In this document: positions 6,044 to 15,218 of the stretch, one piece after another
Layout of the letters: every line of letters begins with the position of its first letter
Position numbering within the stretch: the first letter of the stretch is position 1
DNA from: Chloroflexota bacterium
Lineage (GTDB): Bacteria; Chloroflexota; Dehalococcoidia; Lucifugimonadales; GCA-2717565
Direction: 5' to 3'
DNA length: 52,670 bases
Assembly: GCA_002717565.1 (NCBI GenBank)
Contig: PBAZ01000020.1
Location: 1 to 52,670, forward strand
The notes under the pieces: generated by a model
What the model saw: the letters and a program-made list of their open reading frames with translations, nothing else
Database searches by the model: none
Told to the model about the DNA's origin: nothing
Translations under genes and position numbers: made by a program

Positions 6044-7007
6044 GGCGGTGCGGGGCGGGGCTTGGCAGCGACTGGCAAGGTAGGGCTTGGCCTGGCACGG
6101 CAAGGTGCGGCAAGGTTCTTCCACAGATTCAACGCGGCGATGCTGGGCGAAGTAAGGCTGGGTCTGGCACGGTGAGGCCAGGCGCGGCGGGGCAAGGCGC
6201 GGCAAGGCAACGCACGGTTCTTCCACTACAAATTCAACGCGGCAATGCCCGGCAACGCTTGGCAAGGCTGTGCTGGGCAGCGCGAGGTTAGGCACGGCAA
6301 GGCTATGCTGGGCAGCGCGGGGCCTGGCAAGGCAAGGTACGGTTTCTCCTACGAATTCAACGAGGCTTGGCTGGGCCAGGTGAGGCCAGGCTTGGCGAGG
6401 TATGGTATGGCATCGCATGGCAAGGTAAGGTTCTTCCATTACAAATTCATCGGGCCCTGGCTGGGCAGGGCCAGGCATCGCCAGGCAGGGCTGGGCGAGG
6501 CGTTGCCGGGCAGGGCCAGCCAACGCAAGGCAAGGCAAGGTACGGTTCTCTCATGCACAACTTTCTGGGCGAGGCCCCGCCGGGTTTGGCAGGGCAAGGT
6601 CCGGCAAGGCGGCGCGAGGTTAGGCGCGGCAATGCGAGGCAAGGCAAGGCAAGGCGAGGATTCTCTCATGCAGATTCAACAGACGGGACGCGGCACGGCA
6701 AGGCTTGGCTAGGCAGGGCGTGGCACGGCTTCGCATGGCTAGGCATGGCGGGGCCGGGCCCGGCGGGGCAACGCAACGCAAGGCATGGTTCTCTCATTAC
6801 AAGTTCAACTCGGAAGGGCGGGGCCGGGCTTGGCACGGCGGGGCACCGCAAAGCGGGGCCGGGCTAGGCAACGCTCGGCAAGGCATGGCGAGGTTAGGCG
6901 AGGCAACGCATGGTTCTCTCATACGCAACTTTCCCGCCGAGGTCTGGCAGGGCGAGGCCGGGATAGGCAAGGCGAGGTTAGGCAAGGCTGGGCAAGGCAA
7001 GGCAAGG
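6044..7007 (+). repeat. non-coding array: nine blocks of phase-locked GGCNN pentamers (about 150 units) separated by eight anchors TTCTYYCAYNNCAANTTCAAC
   Basis: Anchors at 6116-6133, 6218-6238, 6343-6361, 6431-6451, 6546-6566, 6661-6680, 6789-6809 and 6914-6934. Anchor start spacing is 102, 125, 88, 115, 115, 128 and 125 nt. Blocks parse into 13-20 consecutive pentamers with G-G-C fixed and positions 4-5 variable. G-rich on the + strand. Ends inside the RBS of 7017..7553. Confidence 0.9.
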
Positions 7008-7016
7008 AGTATTAAG

Positions 7017-7553
7017 ATGACACAGTCAACACCAGAACAATTCATTCACTGGTTTCGAGAGGCGATGAACTACCAGCTTGGCGTGAGGTACTCACCCGAC
7101 TGGAAGAAAGACACCGCTCGTGCGAGGGAACTCCTCCAGGATTTTGGGGAGGATACTCTCAAGCAAATGTCTCGGGCTTTAATAGAAGATCCCGACGAGT
7201 TTTCAAGGAGCAAGACGGGGGTCTCTATCCAGCGACTCTACGCAAGGCGCAATCATCTTGCGCAGTCCCTGGTAAAACCGAAGATGTCCGTAGCCTGCGG
7301 AGGGCCCAAGCTCACACTCGAACAGGTGGACTGGAGAATCAAGTACATCGAGGACATGCTGGATAAGCCAACCATGGGGCCCGAACACCCATACTCCCCG
7401 AAGAGAGAGGACTACCTAAAACTACACGACTACTACACTCGGATGAGGCCGAGAGCAGAGGCAGAGTCTAACGCCCAAAAAGAGAAGTGGGGGGTGGTGG
7501 ACCAAGACCCGGACCCAACGGCTGCGATTGCGGAGCAGATGCGTTCCGATTAG
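7017..7553 (+). CDS. hypothetical protein
   Basis: Internal ATG 7017 of ORF 6705..7553, preceded by AAGGAG (7004-7009). The part of the ORF upstream of 7017 is pentamer-array translation. 178 aa, no recognisable motif, no counterpart in segment B. Confidence 0.6.
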   Translation: MTQSTPEQFIHWFREAMNYQLGVRYSPDWKKDTARARELLQDFGEDTLKQMSRALIEDPDEFSRSKTGVSIQRLYARRNHLAQSLVKPKMSVACGGPKLTLEQVDWRIKYIEDMLDKPTMGPEHPYSPKREDYLKLHDYYTRMRPRAEAESNAQKEKWGVVDQDPDPTAAIAEQMRSD

Positions 7554-10500
7554 GGACTGGGTCCGGGGACCCCACCCCAGGCCCCGGCTTCACGGGCTTT
7601 GTCTTCGGGGTCTTCCCCTTCAGAAGCTCGTTGTAATGGCGAAGCATCTCGGAAGCCTCTGGGGGCAGCTCGCCCTTACCAAAGAAGACCTCCAGCTTTC
7701 CGACATCCCCGGCTCGAACTTGATCCTTCAGCCACTCCCCGAGCTGCCTCCTAAGCTCCCTGTCCTGGTTCACCGTGGCGATGCGAATACCGCTCGAACT
7801 TTCCATTACCCTGGAAGCCCAACCCTTCCTCTCGTCCAGCACCCGGTCAATCTCCGTACTCAACCGATTAAATGGGGTCAACCCCAACAACGGGTGAAAC
7901 CAACGAGGTACTTTGTAGTAATCCTTTCCCGCCTTCGAGGTCTCCTTCGTGAGAAGACCGGAAGCGGTGAGGGCCTTTTCCATTCCGGGCAACTGCGTCA
8001 TCCACGCAGGAGCGCGGCGATAATCGCCAAGCTCTGTTCCGAAGTAGAGGTTTCGGTTTGTCCCGTACTCGACAATCCCCTGTAGCCACGGATGAAGGGC
8101 CGAACCAACAGCGACCCTCGTCCAGTCAGCGGGGGTAACACCCTTGCCCGTTACCGCCGCCCTCACATCCCCGAACCCCGACAAGAGCAGGTCTACATCC
8201 TCGTGGATCAGGCCGAAAGATGTGAGGAACATCATGTTCCCCTCCTTGTCTAATCCAATGGGCAGCGCCGTCTTTCCACTGAGCCACTCCGGGACCAACT
8301 CCCCCTCGGTTCCCCTCATCGAGTGCGTGGCCTTCATGAGTGGCGTCACGGTGCCGGGCCTCGTAAGGGCTTGCTCCATCACAACAGGCAAGGTTCCTTT
8401 TCTAAAAGCGAGGAACGGAAAAACTGATCTCAGGTTCCTGTCAAATTCGGACGTAAATTTGTAGTCCACATGGATTCTGTTTACCCTCTCTGATGCGTTC
8501 TTGGCAGAGATGCCCTTGCTACGCATGGACAGGAAGCTGTTGATCCGCATGGTATCCTCGACAGCGGATGCAATGCGGCGAGGCAGCGTGTTGTTCTTGA
8601 TAGCCAGCCAGATGTCCCGAGGAAGATTCTTGGGAGGGTCATCACTCGTCCCACGCAGCGCCTTCCGCACCTGCTCCAGGACTTTCGGGTCTTGGATTCG
8701 CTGCTTGAAAAGCTCGACCGCCGCGTAGTCCTTTCCGACGATACTGTTCGCCGCGATTTCCCTGTACATCTCCACCGGAGAAAGCCCAGCAATCTTGGCT
8801 CCAGATTTCTCTAATTCCTGGAGCGCCAGCGCCGAGGGGTTATTGTTTTTGAGTAGCCTCGCATAGACCCCGTCGAAGTCTTCCACCCACGGAGATCGAA
8901 GCTCTGCACTTTCGAGGGCCTTTCTGAAGAGACGCACTTCTTTTGCCTTGGTTGTCTGGAATGGGGCGCTCATCCAGCGAGTCAAAGGGAAGTCGTGCAT
9001 GAGTGTCAACAGGGGGCGAACCGCATCAGCGGCAGAAGTAGACGGGTCCATTAGCGCCTGCACCATTCCACCCATCAGGTTTCTGGTAGAGAACGCGAGG
9101 AACGGGACACCACCAATACCCACCGTCATGCTCTGCTTCAGCCAGTGATTGACGCTGTCCCACTGCCTACCAAACTCGCTCCTCCGGCCAAGACCCTTCA
9201 GTGCCTCCCGAACGAAAGCCTCCGCTCCCTCTACGGGCCACTCGACCTGCCCTATGTTGCGGATCGACTTGAGATCTTCGTCTGTAAACCCACCAACTTT
9301 TTTGAGAACTTCCCTCTGCTCGTCGATTGCTATCTCCAGCGCCCTTATTTCTTCCGGCGAGAGGTTTCCCCGATTGTCCAGCAGGCTTTGGAGGCGTTCA
9401 AATTCAAACTCCTCGAACCGGACGTCATCCAGCTTCCCGCCCCACGCGGCGAGCGACTGCTCGGCTCCCGGTCTTCTGCCGATTATGGATGCCGCCTCCT
9501 CCAGGAACATCTTGTTTGTCATCGCCCGGTTATGGGCGGTCTGCCTGCGCAATATCAGGTCGAAGAGGTCTTCCTTTGCGGGGTCTGTCACAACCTTAGA
9601 GGGTGTTATCCCAGCCCTCTCTGCCAGATCCACGATGGCTTTCCTGAAATCCTCCACGCTCCCGGTCTCTCTGAACTTTTCGTAAGCGGTTTCCGCGCCT
9701 GATGCGGAGAACGTCTGACCACCCTTTCCCCGCCCAGTAGACCGAGCAATCAACTCCGAAAGCTCCGTGTTCATCTGCGTGGGCATGTAGAAATTCAGGC
9801 CAATCCTCCCGAAGCGCCTCCCGACCTCGACCTTCTCCTTCGCAGCCTTGCCGCCCAGCCGAGGACCAAGAACATGAGGAGGAAGCGGCTTGCGTTTTGC
9901 CTTCTCTGCCTTCGAGGTTGCCAGCATCTTCCAGTCATCCTGGGCTTCCCGGAGCATCTTGCGGTGGTGCTTGTGAATCCAATCCTGGAGCTTGACCAGA
10001 TCGTCCCTGATCTCTGACGCCTGCTCTGCGGTCCACCCAGCCGCCCCCCGCCGAGACTCAACCACCCTGTCCGCAATGCCGTCGAACTTGGCGGTAATGA
10101 GATCGTCAACCCTGGATTGCAGGTTGTCGTACATCATTCCATACCCAAGCTCCAAGTCGCCACCTCCCAACTCCTCGGCCACTTGCCTGGAAAAGAACAA
10201 GCCTTCCCGCTTCTTGCGCTTCTTCCCCTTCTTCACAACCTCGCCCATCGAATACGAGTACCCAGACGGACTACGCAGATCTCCGTAAGCAGTCTTGATG
10301 AGGTCGTCCATCTCCTTCATGCCGAAGACTTCTTCGAATGACTTCTTAAGTTCTTTGGTTGTATCTGGATCAAAGCCCCCAAACACCCGGTTTAGTATTG
10401 CCGTGAAGTCCTTGGCGTTTCGGTACTGGAGTTCCTGGGACGCTCTCGCCGCGTCTTCCAGTCGATAAAGAAGACCCCTATCACCCTTGGCTATCCCGCG

Positions 10501-11622
10501 TAACTTTCCGTGCATTGGGTTGAACAGCTTCCGAATGGTTGCATCGAAAGGCATTCTCATTGCCTCCTGCACCTTGGGCGCAAACCTACCCGCTGCCTGG
10601 TATGCCCACCCCGGCCCGGTCGCTTTCTCTAAGAGCTTCCCAGCCGGACCCGCCCAGAACCCACGATTGGCGAGGGTCTCATCGAAAGCACCGCCAAGAC
10701 TTGACAAGAGCCTTGGCTCCATAGCTCCCTCCTCGATTAGCCCCAGGGCGCGAAGTGGTGCGCGAATCAACCAAGGATCGTATCGCAAGCCAGCCTTCAG
10801 GATGTCCCCGGACTCTTCGAGTCCCTGTAGGGTTGCGATGTAGCCTTCGGGGTCTGCGGATTGACCCATCTTCTTCATCACAATCCTCGCCGCCTCTTCC
10901 TCTATATCCGCACCCTTGGCAATTTTAACCTTCCCGGAAGGGCCGCCGACAAACGTGGGGCGAACTTTAGACGCTTCATCCAATGCGTCCTGCCACCGTG
11001 CCCTCCCCGCCTTGGTGGTGGAGAGCGCCGTGCTTAGATCGCCAGCCCAGTTGGGCATCTTCTTGAGGCTTTTCACCCCCCTGGCCATGGCGATTGCCCT
11101 GGCCGTAGAACTTCCCCCAAGGGCCACGCGACTGAGGGGATCAAGAAAGAGACCGCCAACAATATCAATCCCCGCCCTGAGCCCACGGTGCCGTGGGGCA
11201 CCTATCCCGACATCTTCAAGAACCTCGCTGACAGTGGGCTGCTCTTCTCTACTGGCGAACCTAGTGCCGAGCCCGGTTATGGGGTCCAGCGTGACAGCAC
11301 CCGTAGCCGTATCGGCAAGGTTCTTGATTGCCGCGCCAGGACGCAAACGCAAGAGATTCAGGAGAGCGTACCCCGGTCCACCGAAAGTGCGACCAAGTTT
11401 CCCAAGAAAGGTCTCGGCTTGTTCCTCCTCCAGTTTCTTGCGAATCTCGTCCTCTTCCATCCTCCTCCTGACCCGCTCCTCTGCCGCCTGCTCTACGTTC
11501 GGGCCTGCAAAGATAGGCGATCTCCCGGAGGGGAAGAGATTCCCCCCAAGTGGACTGGCCGCCCCCGGAGATCCCCCAAAGGGATCGCCGGGTACTCGGT
11601 GCTCGTCTATACGAAGTCCCAT
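7468..11622 (-). CDS. large virion-associated protein (putative internal/ejection protein)
   Basis: 1384 aa, the last gene of the - strand virion operon. N-terminal (MGLR..., ...TLDPITG...), central (FSTRNLMGGMVQALMDP...AADAVRP...LMHDFPLTRW) and C-terminal (...GR*) regions match 43036..50016. Confidence 0.6.
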   Translation of the reverse strand: MGLRIDEHRVPGDPFGGSPGAASPLGGNLFPSGRSPIFAGPNVEQAAEERVRRRMEEDEIRKKLEEEQAETFLGKLGRTFGGPGYALLNLLRLRPGAAIKNLADTATGAVTLDPITGLGTRFASREEQPTVSEVLEDVGIGAPRHRGLRAGIDIVGGLFLDPLSRVALGGSSTARAIAMARGVKSLKKMPNWAGDLSTALSTTKAGRARWQDALDEASKVRPTFVGGPSGKVKIAKGADIEEEAARIVMKKMGQSADPEGYIATLQGLEESGDILKAGLRYDPWLIRAPLRALGLIEEGAMEPRLLSSLGGAFDETLANRGFWAGPAGKLLEKATGPGWAYQAAGRFAPKVQEAMRMPFDATIRKLFNPMHGKLRGIAKGDRGLLYRLEDAARASQELQYRNAKDFTAILNRVFGGFDPDTTKELKKSFEEVFGMKEMDDLIKTAYGDLRSPSGYSYSMGEVVKKGKKRKKREGLFFSRQVAEELGGGDLELGYGMMYDNLQSRVDDLITAKFDGIADRVVESRRGAAGWTAEQASEIRDDLVKLQDWIHKHHRKMLREAQDDWKMLATSKAEKAKRKPLPPHVLGPRLGGKAAKEKVEVGRRFGRIGLNFYMPTQMNTELSELIARSTGRGKGGQTFSASGAETAYEKFRETGSVEDFRKAIVDLAERAGITPSKVVTDPAKEDLFDLILRRQTAHNRAMTNKMFLEEAASIIGRRPGAEQSLAAWGGKLDDVRFEEFEFERLQSLLDNRGNLSPEEIRALEIAIDEQREVLKKVGGFTDEDLKSIRNIGQVEWPVEGAEAFVREALKGLGRRSEFGRQWDSVNHWLKQSMTVGIGGVPFLAFSTRNLMGGMVQALMDPSTSAADAVRPLLTLMHDFPLTRWMSAPFQTTKAKEVRLFRKALESAELRSPWVEDFDGVYARLLKNNNPSALALQELEKSGAKIAGLSPVEMYREIAANSIVGKDYAAVELFKQRIQDPKVLEQVRKALRGTSDDPPKNLPRDIWLAIKNNTLPRRIASAVEDTMRINSFLSMRSKGISAKNASERVNRIHVDYKFTSEFDRNLRSVFPFLAFRKGTLPVVMEQALTRPGTVTPLMKATHSMRGTEGELVPEWLSGKTALPIGLDKEGNMMFLTSFGLIHEDVDLLLSGFGDVRAAVTGKGVTPADWTRVAVGSALHPWLQGIVEYGTNRNLYFGTELGDYRRAPAWMTQLPGMEKALTASGLLTKETSKAGKDYYKVPRWFHPLLGLTPFNRLSTEIDRVLDERKGWASRVMESSSGIRIATVNQDRELRRQLGEWLKDQVRAGDVGKLEVFFGKGELPPEASEMLRHYNELLKGKTPKTKPVKPGPGVGSPDPVPNRNASAPQSQPLGPGLGPPPPTSLFGR

Positions 11623-11626
11623 CTAA

Positions 11627-11938
11627 CTATGCGAACGGAAGGTTTCCTGGTCCGGCTCCTGGGGGCAGGCCGGGCGGCACCAACCCTGGGGGGAGTTCCG
11701 GGGGCATCCCTGGGGGCTGGATCGAAGCCGCCATTAGCTCCTCTTCGAGGGGAGCATCCACTGGAGGAGCTGCCGCCCCCAACGAAGCCATGAGGGCTTC
11801 CTCCAAGCCAGGAGGTGGACCCTGATTGGCACCTTCCCCGGATATTTCGCTCCTAAGGAAAGAACTCACAACGTCACCCATCACCTGGGCTTCCATCAGA
11901 ACCTTTAACGCATCCGCTACTGATTGTGGATATGGCAT
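11627..11938 (-). CDS. Pro/Gly-rich small virion-module protein
   Basis: 103 aa. Same position and composition as 50020..50310. Confidence 0.5.
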   Translation of the reverse strand: MPYPQSVADALKVLMEAQVMGDVVSSFLRSEISGEGANQGPPPGLEEALMASLGAAAPPVDAPLEEELMAASIQPPGMPPELPPGLVPPGLPPGAGPGNLPFA

Positions 11939-11941
11939 CGC

Positions 11942-13429
11942 TTACCTACCTTCCATCATTATTTTGATTTGATCCCGCAACTCTTTTGCACTGGGCGACG
12001 AACCCGTGATCTTCGGCCCCAGGAGGTTCTCCCTGCTTTGATCATCGAGGCCGAACATCGGGTGGGCCAACAGTATCTTGAAGAATGATTTGTCAAGTTC
12101 TCGGCGTTTTGTGCGCTTAAAGCCTACGCCGAATGCCTGCCCCAGAACACCCTGAACGATCTTGTCCCTTCTAGACCCCTCACCGCCCCGGCCAATTTCA
12201 AGGTTCTCGTATCCGGGAACAATGATCCTGAGAATGTCCCGCCCTGGATCAGCAATGGCGGTTGCCAGAGCTGCCAAGTCCATCCCATTTGGGCGAGTCT
12301 CTTCAATATACGCCTTCACTTGCTGGGCAATGTTATTAACAACCTCAGTGGCCCCTGGGTCTTCCGCAAGATCTTCGGCAATTCCCGACGGGTAAAGCCC
12401 ACCAGAAACATTCGCCATCCAGTCGGCGAGATCATCGTAGAGAGCCTGCATCCTTGCGGTCTTTCCGTGATTCAGGACGGCCTCTCTCTGCTGGAGATTG
12501 TCCAACTCTGCGAATGTCTTTGGCTTAATTACGCCGAGGTACTCCATCACCTCAAGCTGAATAGCTTGCGGCATCCTGCTAAATTCGCCGCCTGCCATGT
12601 CAAGAGCCGCTCTCGCCCTTTCGCCAAGCTCTCCGGGAATGGCCGCGATCCGCGCCGCTCCTCTTCCAGCTTTTTGCTCGGCCTTCCAAAGGCGCTCCCT
12701 CTGATCGTTTATTTTCCATAGGCCGAGATTGAATTCCCTTCTCTTCCACGCCTCGGCATCTTCACGTCTCTGCAGTTGGTCCTCTCGGGTATCCCTGTAT
12801 CTCTGCTGGGCATCCTCGTATGTGCGATCCCGCCAGTCCATGGACTCCTTGTGCTTCTCCTCTTCCCTCCTCATAGCTCGGATCTGGCGAATCATGTCGA
12901 AGTTCTTCCTGGGGATCATGACCGGACCCTGGCCGAAATCAACCTCGACAAGCTCGTCCTGCTGCTTCTCCTTCCTTCTCGCCCTAGCCTGGGCCTCTTC
13001 CTCTCCACGGATGCCAAGCTGTGCGGCGCGAAGCTTGGCAGCCCTCAGTGGTTCCCCGGCATCATACCTCGCCTGCTCCCTCTCCCGCTCCGCAGCATAT
13101 CTTTCCTGAGCGGAACGGTACCTCGACTGCTCTCTCGCCCGCATCTGTTGCGACTCGATCAGCTTGGCGCGAAGAGCGTCCCGCTGACGCTCCTCGCGCT
13201 GCTCTGCCAGAGACGCCTGCCTCGCAAACTGTTGTTGGGCAAGGCCCATCTTCTGGAGTTCCCGCCGAGACCTTGCAGCCTCCTGGGCTTGCTGCTGCTC
13301 TAACTGCTCGCGAGCAATCTGATCCCGCAATACAACATTCTGTCTCTGTGTTTCTGCACCAAACTCAGCAGGAGTGTATTTCCCATAAGGATTCATCCCG
13401 CTAAGAGTCCACGCCGTATATGGAGGCAT
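11942..13429 (-). CDS. Arg/Glu/Gln-rich coiled-coil virion-module protein (putative internal protein)
   Basis: 495 aa. The N-terminus MPPYTAWTLSGMNPYGKYTPAEFGAE matches MPPYKAWTITPRALYGDYKPEEYQAE of 50322..51500. Confidence 0.6.
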   Translation of the reverse strand: MPPYTAWTLSGMNPYGKYTPAEFGAETQRQNVVLRDQIAREQLEQQQAQEAARSRRELQKMGLAQQQFARQASLAEQREERQRDALRAKLIESQQMRAREQSRYRSAQERYAAEREREQARYDAGEPLRAAKLRAAQLGIRGEEEAQARARRKEKQQDELVEVDFGQGPVMIPRKNFDMIRQIRAMRREEEKHKESMDWRDRTYEDAQQRYRDTREDQLQRREDAEAWKRREFNLGLWKINDQRERLWKAEQKAGRGAARIAAIPGELGERARAALDMAGGEFSRMPQAIQLEVMEYLGVIKPKTFAELDNLQQREAVLNHGKTARMQALYDDLADWMANVSGGLYPSGIAEDLAEDPGATEVVNNIAQQVKAYIEETRPNGMDLAALATAIADPGRDILRIIVPGYENLEIGRGGEGSRRDKIVQGVLGQAFGVGFKRTKRRELDKSFFKILLAHPMFGLDDQSRENLLGPKITGSSPSAKELRDQIKIMMEGR

Positions 13430-13467
13430 CTACCTATTCCCCTCTAATAACTTGATCTGCATGTCGA

Positions 13468-14604
13468 TTATCCCATTCCCGCCTGATTGTAAACACGCTG
13501 TGCGTGCGACCCAAACAAAGAGGTGGGGCCAGAACCGCCACGAGAACCTGTTGCAGGATAGCTAATATTCGCAAGCATCTGAGCCTCTGCAAGATTGTAT
13601 GGTTGCTCGGCTGCGGCTCTCCGGGCTGCAAGGTTAGCCGCCTGCTGCTGGGCTTGCTGGAGTGCGGCGAAGTTCTGTCGAGCAGCTTCTGCTCCGATAG
13701 CTCTCCGAGCGTCTGCCAACTGACCTGCCCTCTGGGACTGGAGCATCATGGACGTGCTTGGGGCCGCGCCACCACGGAGGTTGGCTCCAGCCAGCGCACC
13801 CTGTGCTGCCCCCAGTTGGGCACCCATGGATTTCGCCAACATATCAGAAATGGCTCCATAGTTCGCACCCTGGAGTGCCCCGCCATAGGGCTGCATTTGT
13901 CCCGAGAGAATCGCCTGAAGACCCGACTCAATGTCCGAATAAAGAGGGTTCTGAGAGAACCCCTCTCTACCCGACTGCAAGAGACCAAGAGCTTTCGCCT
14001 GATTGGCGAGTGCCATCTGGGTCCATTTCGGATCCGGCAACGCACCACCCATTCCACCACCCACGAATCGGACCTTGCCTGGGTTTAATCCCCCTCTACC
14101 ACCCGGAGATGCGCCCCACCCCAGGTTTAATGGGCCGAGCCATGGATCGCGAAGATCCCGTGGAGCACCGCCACCCCTCCCAAGCTCATCCGCAAAAGGA
14201 CCAACCTTTTTTGGGAGAGCTTTTCCGAAATCCCTAAAGATGCTTCCCAGGTTGGCAACATAGGTGGACGGAGAATATGGTTGTGGCCCGTACACTGAAC
14301 CACTTTGGGCCCGATAAGGGGTCCGGGTCTCACTTTGTGCTGCACCCCGGTTGCGAATTTCTGCGATCCTTTGCCTTGTCCTTCTTGCGCTTGCAAGTTT
14401 GTCGGCAGGCGATGGCGCAGCGGATGGGCTGCTCCCAAAGCCGGGAACTGCGGTGTACTTTTGTCCAATCATCGAGGCTACAGCGGAACCATACATTGAT
14501 GGCCTAGCAGCCCCCCACGCCTCTGGACCACCCGCACCCTTCTTCCCGTATCTTCTCTCGTAGTACGCCCTCCCGAGTGGGGCAGATTCTGCTCCATTAG
14601 CCAT
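13468..14604 (-). CDS. Gly/Ala/Gln-rich virion-module protein (putative internal protein)
   Basis: 378 aa with RBS GGAGG. C-terminal ...RRAAAEQPYNLAEAQ resembles ...GRAAAAQPFTLQESR of 51510..52211. Confidence 0.55.
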   Translation of the reverse strand: MANGAESAPLGRAYYERRYGKKGAGGPEAWGAARPSMYGSAVASMIGQKYTAVPGFGSSPSAAPSPADKLASARRTRQRIAEIRNRGAAQSETRTPYRAQSGSVYGPQPYSPSTYVANLGSIFRDFGKALPKKVGPFADELGRGGGAPRDLRDPWLGPLNLGWGASPGGRGGLNPGKVRFVGGGMGGALPDPKWTQMALANQAKALGLLQSGREGFSQNPLYSDIESGLQAILSGQMQPYGGALQGANYGAISDMLAKSMGAQLGAAQGALAGANLRGGAAPSTSMMLQSQRAGQLADARRAIGAEAARQNFAALQQAQQQAANLAARRAAAEQPYNLAEAQMLANISYPATGSRGGSGPTSLFGSHAQRVYNQAGMG

Positions 14605-14613
14605 CCCGACCTC

Positions 14614-14955
14614 CTACGCCAAATCCTTGCGGACGTGTGCCTGGAAGGTAACCTTCGCTCCAGACAAGTCCGTGGGTGTTCCGTTCTTAGTCACCTGAAT
14701 CCTGAGTGTGTCCCCAACCGCAAGGTATTTGTTCGTTGCGTTCAGGGTACCCAGGTCGTATTCCGTGTTCGCCGCTATCTCCGCACCGCTCGTGGTTTTA
14801 GCAGATGCCAACAATGCGGTACTCGCATTCTTGTATGCGTCGAACTGCCAATTGTCCGACCCACTGGACGATGTGGTCGCAGTATCAGACACAATGCTGA
14901 GTTTCGTCAGCACCGATTTGACTGTCACCGATCCGAGTAATTGGTTCTCTGGCAT
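14614..14955 (-). CDS. hypothetical virion-module protein
   Basis: 113-aa ORF, Ser/Thr-rich, tightly packed in the operon. Confidence 0.5.
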   Translation of the reverse strand: MPENQLLGSVTVKSVLTKLSIVSDTATTSSSGSDNWQFDAYKNASTALLASAKTTSGAEIAANTEYDLGTLNATNKYLAVGDTLRIQVTKNGTPTDLSGAKVTFQAHVRKDLA

Positions 14956-15218
14956 TATCCCGTAACCCCATCTGATTGTATTTGCAGGGTAACATATTCG
15001 ACAACCCTGGATGATTCCAGCGTTGAGATCTTCGGCACCCTCTGCACACCCATCTGGTTGTCCGTAAGGTCAGTCATGATGTCTGGGTCGAGATAGTCCG
15101 TTCCGATCCCATTCGCCATAACCTGGTAAATATTGTCTATATCCTGTTGGATCAACTCAAGAGACACTGCATTCAGGGGTGCCACCTGATTTCTTCCTGA
15201 TCTGGCTATCTTAACCAT
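14955..15218 (-). CDS. hypothetical virion-module protein
   Basis: 87-aa ORF with 1-nt overlaps on both sides. Confidence 0.5.
   Translation of the reverse strand: MVKIARSGRNQVAPLNAVSLELIQQDIDNIYQVMANGIGTDYLDPDIMTDLTDNQMGVQRVPKISTLESSRVVEYVTLQIQSDGVTG

Noticed and set aside
6044-7007. CRISPR array reading of the eight conserved ~20-nt anchors
   Set aside because: The intervening sequences are 70-105 nt of low-complexity GGCNN pentamers rather than unique spacers of 30-40 nt. The anchors are degenerate and variable in length. No cas genes are present.
5516-7016. Long ORFs across the array (+ strand 5923..6291, 6245..6712, 6367..6867, the 5' extension of 6705..7553, 6785..7015; - strand 5516..6538 of 340 aa, and others), including a pentapeptide-repeat protein reading
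   Set aside because: A 5-nt DNA period yields the same stop-poor pseudo-pentapeptide pattern in every frame. No single frame spans the array. The anchors fall in different frames and unit lengths are not multiples of 3. The 340-aa ORF also runs antisense through the well-supported gene 5402..5977. A real RBS and ATG are at 7004-7019.
10916-11793. + strand ORFs 10916..11626 (236 aa) and 11188..11793 (201 aa), and the many other 60-190-aa ORFs within 7468-17359
   Set aside because: They are antisense or off-frame shadows of the large - strand virion genes whose homologs exist in segment B. Their composition is Pro/Arg/Ser-rich.
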